Below are positions 28,349 through 37,572 of a stretch of DNA of 64,000 nucleotides, in pieces (position 1 is the first letter of the stretch; each line of letters begins with the position of its first letter). This stretch comes from Gemmatimonadaceae bacterium. GTDB lineage: Bacteria > Gemmatimonadota > Gemmatimonadetes > Gemmatimonadales > Gemmatimonadaceae. The position numbers and the translations under genes were made by a program. Location: contig JBHYGA010000001.1 of assembly GCA_051859245.1 (NCBI GenBank), positions 448,001 to 512,000 on the forward strand, given 5' to 3'. The notes below the pieces were generated by a model. That model had not been told where the DNA came from and made no database searches. It saw only the letters and a program-made list of their open reading frames with translations.

Positions 28349-30130
28349 ATGACTTCACAAATTTCGATCCGTCGCGTGGCCGTCGTTAGTCTTTGCCTGC
28401 TGGCCGCAGCGTGTGATCTCGAGCAATCGCCGGTATCGGCTACCAATCAGTCGTCGGTGTTTGGCAGCGAAGCCGGTTTGCAGCTGTACGCCAACTCGTT
28501 CACGAACGTGTGGCCGTCGGTAAACTCCGTGTACATCGGCGACGATGTGTCTGACTACATCGCAGCGCGCGGTGCCAGCAACTATTTGCTGCCAACCTTC
28601 ACGCCGAACAATCAGGGCGGATGGTCGTGGTCGGCGCTCCGCAACATCAACTACTTCATCGAAAGCAACGTCGACCCGGCGATTCCCGAGGCAACTCGCA
28701 ATCACTACACGGCGCTGGCGAGACTTTCACGCGCGCTATTCTATTTCGACAAGGTGAAGACGTACGGCAATGTGCCGTGGATCGATCGCCCGGTGTCCAT
28801 CACCGATTCCGCTACGCTGTTCGGCGAGCGCGACTCGCGTGATCTGGTCATGAACAAAGTGATGGAAGATCTGGACTACGCGATCGCGAACATTCGCACG
28901 GTAACCAGCGCATCCCGCACGGAAGTCACGAAAGACGTTGCCCGTGCGTTCAAGGCACGCATTGCGTTGTACGAGGGCACCTTCCGCAAGTATCACGCAA
29001 CGGGGCTCGCCAGTGGACTCGGCAACTCCGTCACGATGTGGCTCACCGCCGCGGCAAGCGCCGCGCAGGAAGTGATGGATGGTGGGCGCCACAGTCTCAA
29101 CACGTCAGCGGGCAGTCTCGGTTCGTATCGTTCGTTGTTCAGCAGCGAGGTCGCGCCAACGAACGAGACCATGCTCATGTACGTGATGGACGTCAACCTT
29201 GCCGTCCGTCACGAAGCGAACTGGCGCTACACGTCGGGTACGTTCGGTGTTGGTGCGAGCTTCACCCGCGACTTCATCAACACCTATCTGAATGCGGACG
29301 GCACGCCGTTCACCGATCGGCCCGGCTATGACACGTTGTCGTTCATGACGGAAACAAAGAACCGTGACCCGCGCTTGCGCCAGACGATTCGCATGGGCGA
29401 CTTCCGGCGCCTGAACGCCGGCGCGCTGGTGCCGGCGCCGCCTGCGTTTACGGTGACGCTCACCGGCTATCAGCCGATCAAGTGGACGACGGATGATATC
29501 GGTCTCGATGCCGGAGCCAACAACACGAACGACATTCCAATTCTTCGGTACGCTGAAGTGCTGCTGATCTACGCTGAGGCGAAGGCTGAGCTTGGCACTC
29601 TCACCGACGCGGATTGGGCGAGAACGGTTGGTGCACTGCGTACGCGCGCAGGAATCACCGGCAACGTGTCGGCGCGGCCGACGCGCGCTGACCCGTACTT
29701 GCAGAGCGTGTACTTTCCCGGCATCAGCGATCCCATCATTCTTGAAATCCGTCGTGAACGTGGCATCGAAATGGCGCTGGAAGGGCTGCGTTACGATGAC
29801 CTCATGCGCTGGAAGCGCGGCGAACTTCTGGCGCGTGTTTGGCGCGGTATGTACGTCACGGCGAACACGTACTACGATCTGAACGAGGACGGCATTCGGG
29901 ATGTGTACTTCCACACGGGCACGGTGCCGTCGCCCGCGGTCGCCGGCGTGGTGTATCACAACATTACGCCGGGCAACAGCAGCCAACGCTCGCTCCAGAA
30001 CGGAACGTTTGGTCAACTGCAGTGGCAGACCAACGTGGTGCGTGCATGGAGTGACAAGATGTACCTGCGTCCGATCGCCGCTTCGGACCTGGTCGTGAAT
30101 CCAAAGCTTGGACAGAATCCGGGGTGGTGA
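28349..30130 (+). CDS. susD: SusD/RagB family lipoprotein
   Basis: Lipobox AAAC; 'RALFYFDKVKTYGNVPW', 'RYAEVLLIYAEA', 'IRRERGIEMALEGLRYDDLMRW', 'QNPGW'. Confidence 0.96.
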   Translation: MTSQISIRRVAVVSLCLLAAACDLEQSPVSATNQSSVFGSEAGLQLYANSFTNVWPSVNSVYIGDDVSDYIAARGASNYLLPTFTPNNQGGWSWSALRNINYFIESNVDPAIPEATRNHYTALARLSRALFYFDKVKTYGNVPWIDRPVSITDSATLFGERDSRDLVMNKVMEDLDYAIANIRTVTSASRTEVTKDVARAFKARIALYEGTFRKYHATGLASGLGNSVTMWLTAAASAAQEVMDGGRHSLNTSAGSLGSYRSLFSSEVAPTNETMLMYVMDVNLAVRHEANWRYTSGTFGVGASFTRDFINTYLNADGTPFTDRPGYDTLSFMTETKNRDPRLRQTIRMGDFRRLNAGALVPAPPAFTVTLTGYQPIKWTTDDIGLDAGANNTNDIPILRYAEVLLIYAEAKAELGTLTDADWARTVGALRTRAGITGNVSARPTRADPYLQSVYFPGISDPIILEIRRERGIEMALEGLRYDDLMRWKRGELLARVWRGMYVTANTYYDLNEDGIRDVYFHTGTVPSPAVAGVVYHNITPGNSSQRSLQNGTFGQLQWQTNVVRAWSDKMYLRPIAASDLVVNPKLGQNPGW

Positions 30131-30186
30131 GGTCTCGTGCCCTTACCCGCGTTCACGTCTCCTCACTGCACCACCCAATCACTCCC

Positions 30187-31086
30187 ATGCGATCTGTTCT
30201 TCTTCCGCTCCTCGCGTTTGCATTGGCGGCATGCGCGACCACGCCCTCTACCGGTGTGTCGTCGGCCAGCCCGTCTGTCGCCAGCACGCCGCTCCGCGTG
30301 ATGACCTTCAACATCCGCTACAACAATCCCGGTGACGGCATCAATGCGTGGCCAAACCGAAAAGATCGGGTGGCGAACCTGATTCGTTTTCACGACGCCG
30401 ATGTGGTGGGCGTGCAGGAAGCGCTGCACGGCATGCTGCTCGATCTCGATACGCTGCTGCCGGAGTACGATCGTGTGGGTGTGGGGCGCAAGGACGGCCA
30501 GAACGCGGGTGAGTTCAGCGCGATTCTGTACAAGCGGAATCGCGTGGAGATGCTCGAGAACAAAACGTTCTGGCTGTCCACGAATCCCGAAGCGGTCGGC
30601 GTGAAGGCATGGGATGCCGCGCTCGAACGCATTGCCACGTGGGGACGCTTTCGCGATCGCGCGACCGGATGCACGTACGTGCATCTCAACACACACTTTG
30701 ATCACGTGGGTGAACAAGCGCGCAGAGAAAGCGCGAAGCTTGTTCGCACTCGACTGGCCACGATTGCCGGCACTTTGCCGGTGATCGTGACGGGCGATCT
30801 CAACGTGCCACCAACATCCGACGCGTACAAAACCTTGACCAGCGGTACGGTTAATGGCGGCCTCGCGCCGCTGATCGACGGTTTTGTATCGAGCCGCGAG
30901 GGAAACTATGGCCCGTCAACTACCTCCACGAGCTTTAAGGAAATCGGTGGCAACCGAATTGACTATGTGCTCGTGTCATCAGCAATCGACGTGCTTAAAC
31001 ACGGTATCCTGAGCGACCGGTGGGACCAGCGTTTTCCATCGGATCACCTGCCGGTGCTTGCGTCGCTCAGCATGCGCTGTCGCTGA
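30187..31086 (+). CDS. Endonuclease/exonuclease/phosphatase (EEP) family lipoprotein
   Basis: Lipobox LAAC; 'MTFNIR', 'GVQE', 'NTHFDH', 'GDLN', 'IDYV', 'SDHLPV'. Confidence 0.94.
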   Translation: MRSVLLPLLAFALAACATTPSTGVSSASPSVASTPLRVMTFNIRYNNPGDGINAWPNRKDRVANLIRFHDADVVGVQEALHGMLLDLDTLLPEYDRVGVGRKDGQNAGEFSAILYKRNRVEMLENKTFWLSTNPEAVGVKAWDAALERIATWGRFRDRATGCTYVHLNTHFDHVGEQARRESAKLVRTRLATIAGTLPVIVTGDLNVPPTSDAYKTLTSGTVNGGLAPLIDGFVSSREGNYGPSTTSTSFKEIGGNRIDYVLVSSAIDVLKHGILSDRWDQRFPSDHLPVLASLSMRCR

Positions 31087-31104
31087 GCATTGTGGTTGTC
31101 TCGC

Positions 31105-32109
31105 ATGACGCGGGTTTCGCGGGCAGCGGTGGCGCTGTTGGTTGGCACGCTGGCGGCCGCCGAGGCCACAGGTCTCAATGGATATGGGCCCGGTGAGCGA
31201 GTGCTTATGGATGCGCACAACGCGTATCCCGAACGCGGACAGTGGCGTGACCGCCTGGATCGGGCGCTCGCCACTGGCACGCCGTTGGCGATCGAACAGG
31301 ATCTGTATTGGTCTGCTGGCGCCAATGGCGAGCCTGCGGTTGTGGTCGCGCATGACGACGACGCGCTAAACGGCGCGCCCGCGTTGCGCACGTATTTCTT
31401 CGAACGCATTCGGCCTCTCATGGAGCAAGCGCTTCACGAGAACCGCCGTGAGACGTGGCCACTCGTCGTATTGAATCTCGATTTCAAGGACAACCAGCCG
31501 GCGCTTCTCGACGCGGTTTGGGCGTTGCTTGGCGAGTACGAGCAGTGGCTCACCACCGCGCCTCGCACCGTCACGCGGCACACGGTTGAACCGATGCGGG
31601 TCGGGCCGCTGCTGGTGCTTAGCGGCGCGGATAGTGCGCAGCGCAAACGATTCCACGACGACGTGCCTATCGGCGGCGCGCTGCGCGTATTCGGAGCGAT
31701 GGCACCGGCGCCTGTCGACGGTGACACCAAAGAAGTGCGGGCGTTGCGGGCCATGCAGATGTCGGCGGCGCAGCACATCCCACAACGCGCGGACAACTTT
31801 GCGCGCTGGGTGAACTTTCCGTGGAGCGTGGTGGAGTTCGGTGGCCCCCAGTACGCGCAGCAGTGGACGGCAGGCGACTCAGTGCGTCTGGATTTACTCA
31901 CGAGGCGCGCGCACGAATACGGCTACTGGATTCGGTTCTACACGCTCGATGGCTTCGCAGCGACCGAGGACCGCGGGTGGACCGCGTCCTACAACTTTGG
32001 CGCGCTGAAAAGCGCGCAGCAGCGATGGCGCGCGGCGATCAGTGCCGACGTAGACTTTGTCGCCACCGACCAGTACGAGGCGTTTGCGGATGCGCGCGAC
32101 GAGCGCTAG
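31105..32109 (+). CDS. PLC-like/GDPD-like phosphodiesterase (TIM-barrel), exported
   Basis: 'DAHNAY', 'AIEQDL', 'VAHD', 'LNLDFK', 'IRFY', 'VDFVATD' follow the PI-PLC/GDPD superfamily pattern. Confidence 0.65.
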   Translation: MTRVSRAAVALLVGTLAAAEATGLNGYGPGERVLMDAHNAYPERGQWRDRLDRALATGTPLAIEQDLYWSAGANGEPAVVVAHDDDALNGAPALRTYFFERIRPLMEQALHENRRETWPLVVLNLDFKDNQPALLDAVWALLGEYEQWLTTAPRTVTRHTVEPMRVGPLLVLSGADSAQRKRFHDDVPIGGALRVFGAMAPAPVDGDTKEVRALRAMQMSAAQHIPQRADNFARWVNFPWSVVEFGGPQYAQQWTAGDSVRLDLLTRRAHEYGYWIRFYTLDGFAATEDRGWTASYNFGALKSAQQRWRAAISADVDFVATDQYEAFADARDER

Positions 32110-32174
32110 TGCTTCTCTGCGGACGCGAGGGCGCGGTAGCGCCAAGGCCCCTTCCTTTGCTGCCGTTTATCGTG

Positions 32175-32231
32175 CGCCAACGTCGCGTTGCGTGATCACT
32201 GTCTGAAGCATGCGTCGCCGTGCTGTTGGCA
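32175..32231 (-). other. Degenerate attC-like site
   Basis: 57 bp, 12 nt after a stop codon. Minus strand TGCCAAC...CGCAAC-N5-GTTGGCG; outer boxes are complementary, the inner left box has 2 mismatches. Confidence 0.35.
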
Positions 32232-32243
32232 AATCGCCGTTGT

Positions 32244-33122
32244 TCACCGAATTGGCCGCTGAATGCGCGCAGCGCCGAGCACTTTCTCGATAAACGGATC
32301 GATGTCGTTGTTTCGAGCCTCTAGGGGAATCTGATGCCCAAAGTTTTCATACACCACGGCTCGGGCATTGCCGCCCGCGCGAGTGATGTGCTCTGCCAAC
32401 GTCCGCGCTTGATTGGGGTCGGTGCGATCATCCTTCGCGCCATTGAGAATCAAGACTGAGGCTTTGATGTCTCCAGCGCGGTGCAGTATCGACCGGGCGA
32501 GCAGTGCAGCATCGCTCCCCCCTGTTTCAGATATCATCGACCTGACAATCAACTTCCTGGCGCCCGTCGCGTTTGAATCCGCAACGTAGGCTTGCACGTC
32601 GAAGACTCCCGAGATCAGAACGAGTCCTGCAACGGACGGGTCTTCCGCCGCCACAAGGCCGGCAGTCAGGGCGCCGCGGCTGATGCCCTGAATCAACAGC
32701 CTGTTGCGTGCGACGAGACCTTCATCGTGCAGTCTGGCGATCACGCCGGCGACGGCGTGCTGCGTAAACACCCCACTGTAGTCCGCGGGGCCACTCGACG
32801 CTCCGTACCCGGGCTGCGAGACGGCAACCGCGAGATAGCCGCGACCTGCCAGTTGCTCCAACACCCCCCAGTCCACGAAATCTTTGCCGCCTTGCCTGGC
32901 GCCTTGTTGGTGCCCGTGCAGCAGCACCACGGTTGGCCAAGGGGCATCGCTTCCTTGCGGGCGTGCCAGAAAGTATTCAACGGTCTTGGTCGCGTCATCT
33001 GGATGTGCGATTCGCACGGACGCCGACGCTGAGCCTGACTGACATGACGACAAGAGAAGAGCGGCAACGCAGATGCGCAGCGTAAGGTGCCAGATGGCTT
33101 TTTCGATCTTGGCGAAGATCAT
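32244..33122 (-). CDS. Alpha/beta hydrolase (S9/dienelactone hydrolase-like) lipoprotein
   Basis: LSSC lipobox; 'LLHGHQ', 'SQPGYG', GISRGA, 'DDRT', 'GHQIP'. Confidence 0.85.
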   Translation of the reverse strand: MIFAKIEKAIWHLTLRICVAALLLSSCQSGSASASVRIAHPDDATKTVEYFLARPQGSDAPWPTVVLLHGHQQGARQGGKDFVDWGVLEQLAGRGYLAVAVSQPGYGASSGPADYSGVFTQHAVAGVIARLHDEGLVARNRLLIQGISRGALTAGLVAAEDPSVAGLVLISGVFDVQAYVADSNATGARKLIVRSMISETGGSDAALLARSILHRAGDIKASVLILNGAKDDRTDPNQARTLAEHITRAGGNARAVVYENFGHQIPLEARNNDIDPFIEKVLGAARIQRPIR

Positions 33123-33203
33123 GACATGTATCGGTGAGGTTTCCTGAAACTACGCACCAGTTGTTGCGTGAGAAATATTTGCGTCTGCGAACGTCAGCCG
33201 CCG

Positions 33204-33569
33204 CTACTCACGCCAGACTTCCACGGACGCCTCCGCGAAGGCGGACAGCGTGGTTGGCGCCTTTCCGAGCAAAAGGGCGAGGTCCGGACTCAGATGATCC
33301 GCCAACCCGAGGCGAGCCGTGCTGTACAGCGCGACCATTACGCCCACGAACACGCGTGCGAATGTTGATGGTTCGCTGAAATCGAAACGGACGAAACGCA
33401 GGAGTGCGTCATCGGCTGGCTTGCACGTAAATGCGGCTGCACTTGGATCCGTCACCAGCGCGCGCACGGGGTGTCCCTCACACAGTAAGGATTCCACGAC
33501 AGAGCGCCCCACATTTCCGTTCGCGCCAGTCACGAGGATCGGCGCTGGTGACGCGACTCGTGCAGTCAT
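33204..33569 (-). pseudogene. NmrA/SDR-like NAD(P)H-binding protein with large internal deletion
   Basis: Rossmann start 'ILVTGANGNVG'...'FDFSEPSTF' is joined directly to the family C-terminus 'MVALYSTARLG...LLGKAPTTLSAFA..W'; only 121 aa. Confidence 0.75.
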
Positions 33570-33684
33570 CGGGTAGACCCTTCCAGAAAAACGGGTTCGG
33601 ACGGCGATTGTCGGCCTGACGCGTACGTGCTACTGAATCGTTTCCTCTAGCGAACGTCCCGCGCGTGAAGACACATTGACGAAT

Positions 33685-35985
33685 ATGCATGCCCTTGCTC
33701 CACTCCGCACCACCATCCCCACATCGATGCCGCTCCGCCGGACGCTGCTCATGCTGAGTTTTACCACCTTCGCGATCAGCGCGGTGGCCCACGCCCAGTC
33801 CCCACTCACCGCCAGCGACCTGCTCGACGTTGCCAACGCGTCAGTGGCGGACTTGAGTCACGACGGCAACTGGATTGCGCTCACGGTGAGTACGCGCCGC
33901 GACAACCTGGGCGTCGATGCGTCGCGCGATGGTGACCCGAGTTACCTCCGTGTCGCTCCGGTCACACTCTACGCGGTGAACGCGCGTACGCTTGCACGCA
34001 CACCGGTGTTTGCGGCGGCGCGCGCGGTGCGCAGCGTGATCTGGTCCCCTGATGGCACGCGCCTCGCGTTTCTCGAACTTGTGAACGGTCAGCTGCGCCC
34101 CACGGTCTGGGAACGCGCGTCAAAGCGGTTCATCGCAGCGCGCATTACGGACAGTCAATACGTGGCCGAGAACAGCGAACTGCGCTGGAACGGCGACGGT
34201 ACGCAGTTGTACTTCGCGCTGCGCAGCAATGCCTGGCGCACACGCGCCCAGGAACGGTTCGCGACTCTCGTGCGCGGACCCATCACGCACCTCGGCTCGA
34301 GCAAAGCCGAGCCCTTTCTCCCGTGGGAAGCACTGCGTCGCGAGGCTTTCAAACGAAGCGTGGTCGCGTGGAACGTCTCGCGCCAACAGATCACCACGCT
34401 GATCCCTGAAACAATGGTGAGCAGTTGGGATGTGTCCCCCGATGGCGAAGTGCGCGTGTGGGCCGATGATCAAACAAAACAGACTGACTATCAGACCATC
34501 ATGGGGCGCACCGAACGCCTCGTCGCGCGCGTGGGTCGTGACACAACGCTGCGCGTAATAGTGCCGCGAATGCAGGGTACCACCGTGCAATGGAGCGAGG
34601 ACCAGCGGCGATTCTTTGTCGCACGCGAAGGCGCCATTTCGATGGGACGTATCAGCGTGGCAACCGGTGGTGCGGCTGGCAACAACGCCGCCAACGACAC
34701 CGCGCGTCGACGCATTCTCGCGCCCGATTCCATTCCGACCAGCGATACCTCCGCCACAGCGCGCGCTCGTCGTGCCGCCACGCGCTGGTCGCTGGTGCGC
34801 ACAAGCGCGCGTGGTGACGCCATCATCGTGAGTCGGCAGGACGGCCTGTATTTGTCCGACACACTCGGCGCGCTCACCCGTATCGCCGCACTTCCTGATT
34901 CCACCGACCAGAGTGCACCGCGTGCGACGGTGCTCGAGTGGTCGAATGACGGGCGTCACGTCTATCTCGCGCTCAACGCACGCGATCGCTACGATCGCGC
35001 AATTGTCCGCTGGGACGCGCAGACGCGCACGACCGACACACTCGCGCGTGATGCGCAATATCGCACCGGGCTGCGTCTGGCAAAGCAGGGCGGCACACTT
35101 GTGCTGAATCTTGCCGCGGCCAATCGTCCCGCTGATCCGCACGTGGCCGACGCAGCGCTCGGCAATCTGCGCAAGGTGCACGACGCCAACCCGCAGCTAA
35201 CCAGTAACCGATTGGCCCGCACGGAGCTGGTGCGCTATCTCGACGCCGACGGTCAACCGCAATGGGGCGTGCTGTATCATCCCATCAGTGGCACGCGTCC
35301 CGCGCCTACAGTGTTCCTCGTGTACGAAACATTCTTCGACGACAGCTTCGATCCGGTGGCGAACTTTTTGGCATCACGCGGTTACGCGGTGATGAAACCA
35401 AGCGTGAGTTTTGAGACTGGGTATCCCGGCGAAGCGTGGCTCAAGGGCGTGACCGCTGCGGCCAATCATCTCATCACGACCGGAGTGGCCGACTCGGCGA
35501 GACTCGGTGTGCACGGCACCAGTTACGGCGGCTACGCAACTAATCTGCTCATTACGCAAACCAAACGGTTCAAGGCCGCGATCAACATTTCGGGAAAAGT
35601 GGACTTCATTTCGTTCTACACCGATTCGCCGCGACTTGGCGACCGCAACACGCACGCTGCCGAACGCAGCCAGGATCGCATTGGTGCCACGCTGTGGGAA
35701 GCGCCGCTCAAGTACGTGGAACACTCGGCCGTGATGTTCGCCGATCGTATCACCACACCGCTGCTACTCATGACGGGTGGTGAAGATCACAATGTGCCGG
35801 CGATCAACACACGGGAGATGTATTACGCACTGCGCAGGCTCAACAAGGAAGTCGAGTGGGTGAATTACGCGAATGGTGGACACGGCATTCCGATGACCAA
35901 CGCCAGCGAGTTCACGCACTTTCACGACACGCTGGGCGCGTGGTACGACCGTTGGTTGAAGCGCGAAAAGTCGGCAATGGATTAG
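33685..35985 (+). CDS. S9 (prolyl oligopeptidase family) serine peptidase, exported
   Basis: Signal peptide, propeller region, GTSYGG, 'EDHNVP', 'GGHG'. Start may be 33727. Confidence 0.92.
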   Translation: MHALAPLRTTIPTSMPLRRTLLMLSFTTFAISAVAHAQSPLTASDLLDVANASVADLSHDGNWIALTVSTRRDNLGVDASRDGDPSYLRVAPVTLYAVNARTLARTPVFAAARAVRSVIWSPDGTRLAFLELVNGQLRPTVWERASKRFIAARITDSQYVAENSELRWNGDGTQLYFALRSNAWRTRAQERFATLVRGPITHLGSSKAEPFLPWEALRREAFKRSVVAWNVSRQQITTLIPETMVSSWDVSPDGEVRVWADDQTKQTDYQTIMGRTERLVARVGRDTTLRVIVPRMQGTTVQWSEDQRRFFVAREGAISMGRISVATGGAAGNNAANDTARRRILAPDSIPTSDTSATARARRAATRWSLVRTSARGDAIIVSRQDGLYLSDTLGALTRIAALPDSTDQSAPRATVLEWSNDGRHVYLALNARDRYDRAIVRWDAQTRTTDTLARDAQYRTGLRLAKQGGTLVLNLAAANRPADPHVADAALGNLRKVHDANPQLTSNRLARTELVRYLDADGQPQWGVLYHPISGTRPAPTVFLVYETFFDDSFDPVANFLASRGYAVMKPSVSFETGYPGEAWLKGVTAAANHLITTGVADSARLGVHGTSYGGYATNLLITQTKRFKAAINISGKVDFISFYTDSPRLGDRNTHAAERSQDRIGATLWEAPLKYVEHSAVMFADRITTPLLLMTGGEDHNVPAINTREMYYALRRLNKEVEWVNYANGGHGIPMTNASEFTHFHDTLGAWYDRWLKREKSAMD

Positions 35986-36020
35986 AAGGAAACTTGCTCC
36001 AGAGATCGCGCATAGCGGCT

Positions 36021-36968
36021 TTACGGTAACGTCTTCCGAATGTGCGCGCGCACTGCCGTCGCCACGGCCTCTCGTTGCACCACGACCACCACGTGTCCCC
36101 CCGTGTCAAAGCGTAGCAGTTGTGCCCCTGCAATCGTCGCTGCTGCGTACTCGGCGTTGTGATAAAGTTGTAACAGGTCGTCTTTCGCGTGTACGATCAG
36201 TGTTGGTGCGGTGATCGATGCAATCCGCGCCCCCGGCAAGGTGGCTGTGTTGTCGAACACCACGCCAGCGGCGCGCGGCGAGGCGGGATTCATTTCATCG
36301 ATCAATCGCTCAACAAGGCCGCGTGCCTCGGGCGTCAGCGTTGAGACCACGGCATCACTTGCGCCGAGCACTCCCATGAGCTGGCGTTTGAAGAATTTCG
36401 AGATTGGCCAATACGTGTAGTCGTGCGCGAACACCTTGCGCAGCAGGTCACCATTGGCATTGGCAGACGCTTGGTCCACTGAGCTCGAAGCCACCACGCC
36501 GCACGACAAACACGTGAGCGACGCAACCCGCTCGGGATACAACGCGGCCAGCAACAGTCCCGATGCGCCGCCCTGCGACATGGCAACAACGGCCACGCGT
36601 TCGATGCCGAGATGGTCGAGCACGCGTACGTACGCCGCTGCCTGGTCGTCCCATGTCGCACCTGCGGGGAGTGACGATCCAAGGTATCCGAAGCGTGAGG
36701 GCGTGATCCATTGAAAGTCGTCGCCCAGAAGCGCGTCCACGAGCAGTTGCCCCTGGTCGAAACCGCCGCCCGCGCCGTGAATGACGAGCACCGGCACGCC
36801 AGACCCGCCGGTTGTGTACTCGATGTCTCCGTTCGCGCTTTTCAGCACGGTGCTTTTGCCTCGCACGCGCGCGTACGCCTTACGCAAATCGTAGGCATAA
36901 CTGACGCCAACCGCCACGATCGCCAGCGTGATCGCTCCAAGCACGATGAACAACGGTTTCCGTCGCAC
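36021..36968 (-). CDS. Alpha/beta hydrolase
   Basis: 'VIHGAGGGFDQG', 'PSRFGYLGS', AMSQGG, 'HAKDD', 'GGHV'. Confidence 0.9.
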   Translation of the reverse strand: MRRKPLFIVLGAITLAIVAVGVSYAYDLRKAYARVRGKSTVLKSANGDIEYTTGGSGVPVLVIHGAGGGFDQGQLLVDALLGDDFQWITPSRFGYLGSSLPAGATWDDQAAAYVRVLDHLGIERVAVVAMSQGGASGLLLAALYPERVASLTCLSCGVVASSSVDQASANANGDLLRKVFAHDYTYWPISKFFKRQLMGVLGASDAVVSTLTPEARGLVERLIDEMNPASPRAAGVVFDNTATLPGARIASITAPTLIVHAKDDLLQLYHNAEYAAATIAGAQLLRFDTGGHVVVVVQREAVATAVRAHIRKTLP

Positions 36969-37001
36969 GTTTCCCCTCCGCGTGGTGCGCTTGTGCAGCG
37001 G

Positions 37002-37295
37002 CTACACGTCTTCGTGTGCCTCAGGCTCGGGCTGCTCGTACACCTTCACCACAAACTCGCGATGCAAGATCTCAATAACGTGCCGGACGTGCGCTCCCGC
37101 TTTTGCTGATTTGATTTGATGCTTCAACGAGGTGAAGGTATCGATCGCGACGTGCTCGTCACCGTCCACGATCCAGATCCACGAGTCGCCCTGCAGTCCG
37201 GATTGCACCTGCGCAAAGTGCTTGCGCACACAGACAAGCAACTGATCGTGCACGTCGGCGTAGTGTTTTTCATACAGGAGCTCCGCAAATATCAT
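37002..37295 (-). CDS. Hypothetical protein
   Basis: GAGGTGG RBS before ATG 37295; globular-looking sequence 'SGLQGDSWIWI...IDTFTSLKHQIKS'. Confidence 0.7.
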   Translation of the reverse strand: MIFAELLYEKHYADVHDQLLVCVRKHFAQVQSGLQGDSWIWIVDGDEHVAIDTFTSLKHQIKSAKAGAHVRHVIEILHREFVVKVYEQPEPEAHEDV

Positions 37296-37308
37296 GACGC
37301 GTGCCACC

Positions 37309-37491
37309 TCATCTCAGCGAAATGAACGTTCGCCACGTCGTATCGAGATCCGCAATCTCCCCTTCATCACGTACCACCCTGAGCATCGCGTGGTCAGTAT
37401 TTGATACACGACCCAGGAGACGACTCAGCAGTCCACCACGTCGCGAGCGTCGCCGGGCATCGGCATAGGATTTTGGATCATCGTGTGCCAT
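37309..37491 (-). CDS. Small hypothetical protein (60 aa) or gene remnant
   Basis: GGAGG 3 nt before ATG 37491; MAHDDPKSYADARRRSRRGGLLSRLLG...; fills the gap and abuts the next gene's RBS. Confidence 0.45.
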   Translation of the reverse strand: MAHDDPKSYADARRRSRRGGLLSRLLGRVSNTDHAMLRVVRDEGEIADLDTTWRTFISLR

Positions 37492-37572
37492 GGGCCTCCA
37501 GACAAGGTGCGGGTCGGAGATCACGCGCGCTGCAACGCAGCAGCGTGACGGATCAGCGCGTACATTTTGCTC

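Noticed and set aside
25098..30130. Classical polysaccharide utilisation locus
   Set aside because: No recognisable glycoside hydrolase, lyase or sugar regulator nearby.
34120..35181. Long antisense ORFs, this one and e.g. 27228-28196, 29105-30016, 52847-53818, 62626-63747
   Set aside because: All lie opposite well-supported genes, lack motifs, and are expected in GC-rich DNA.
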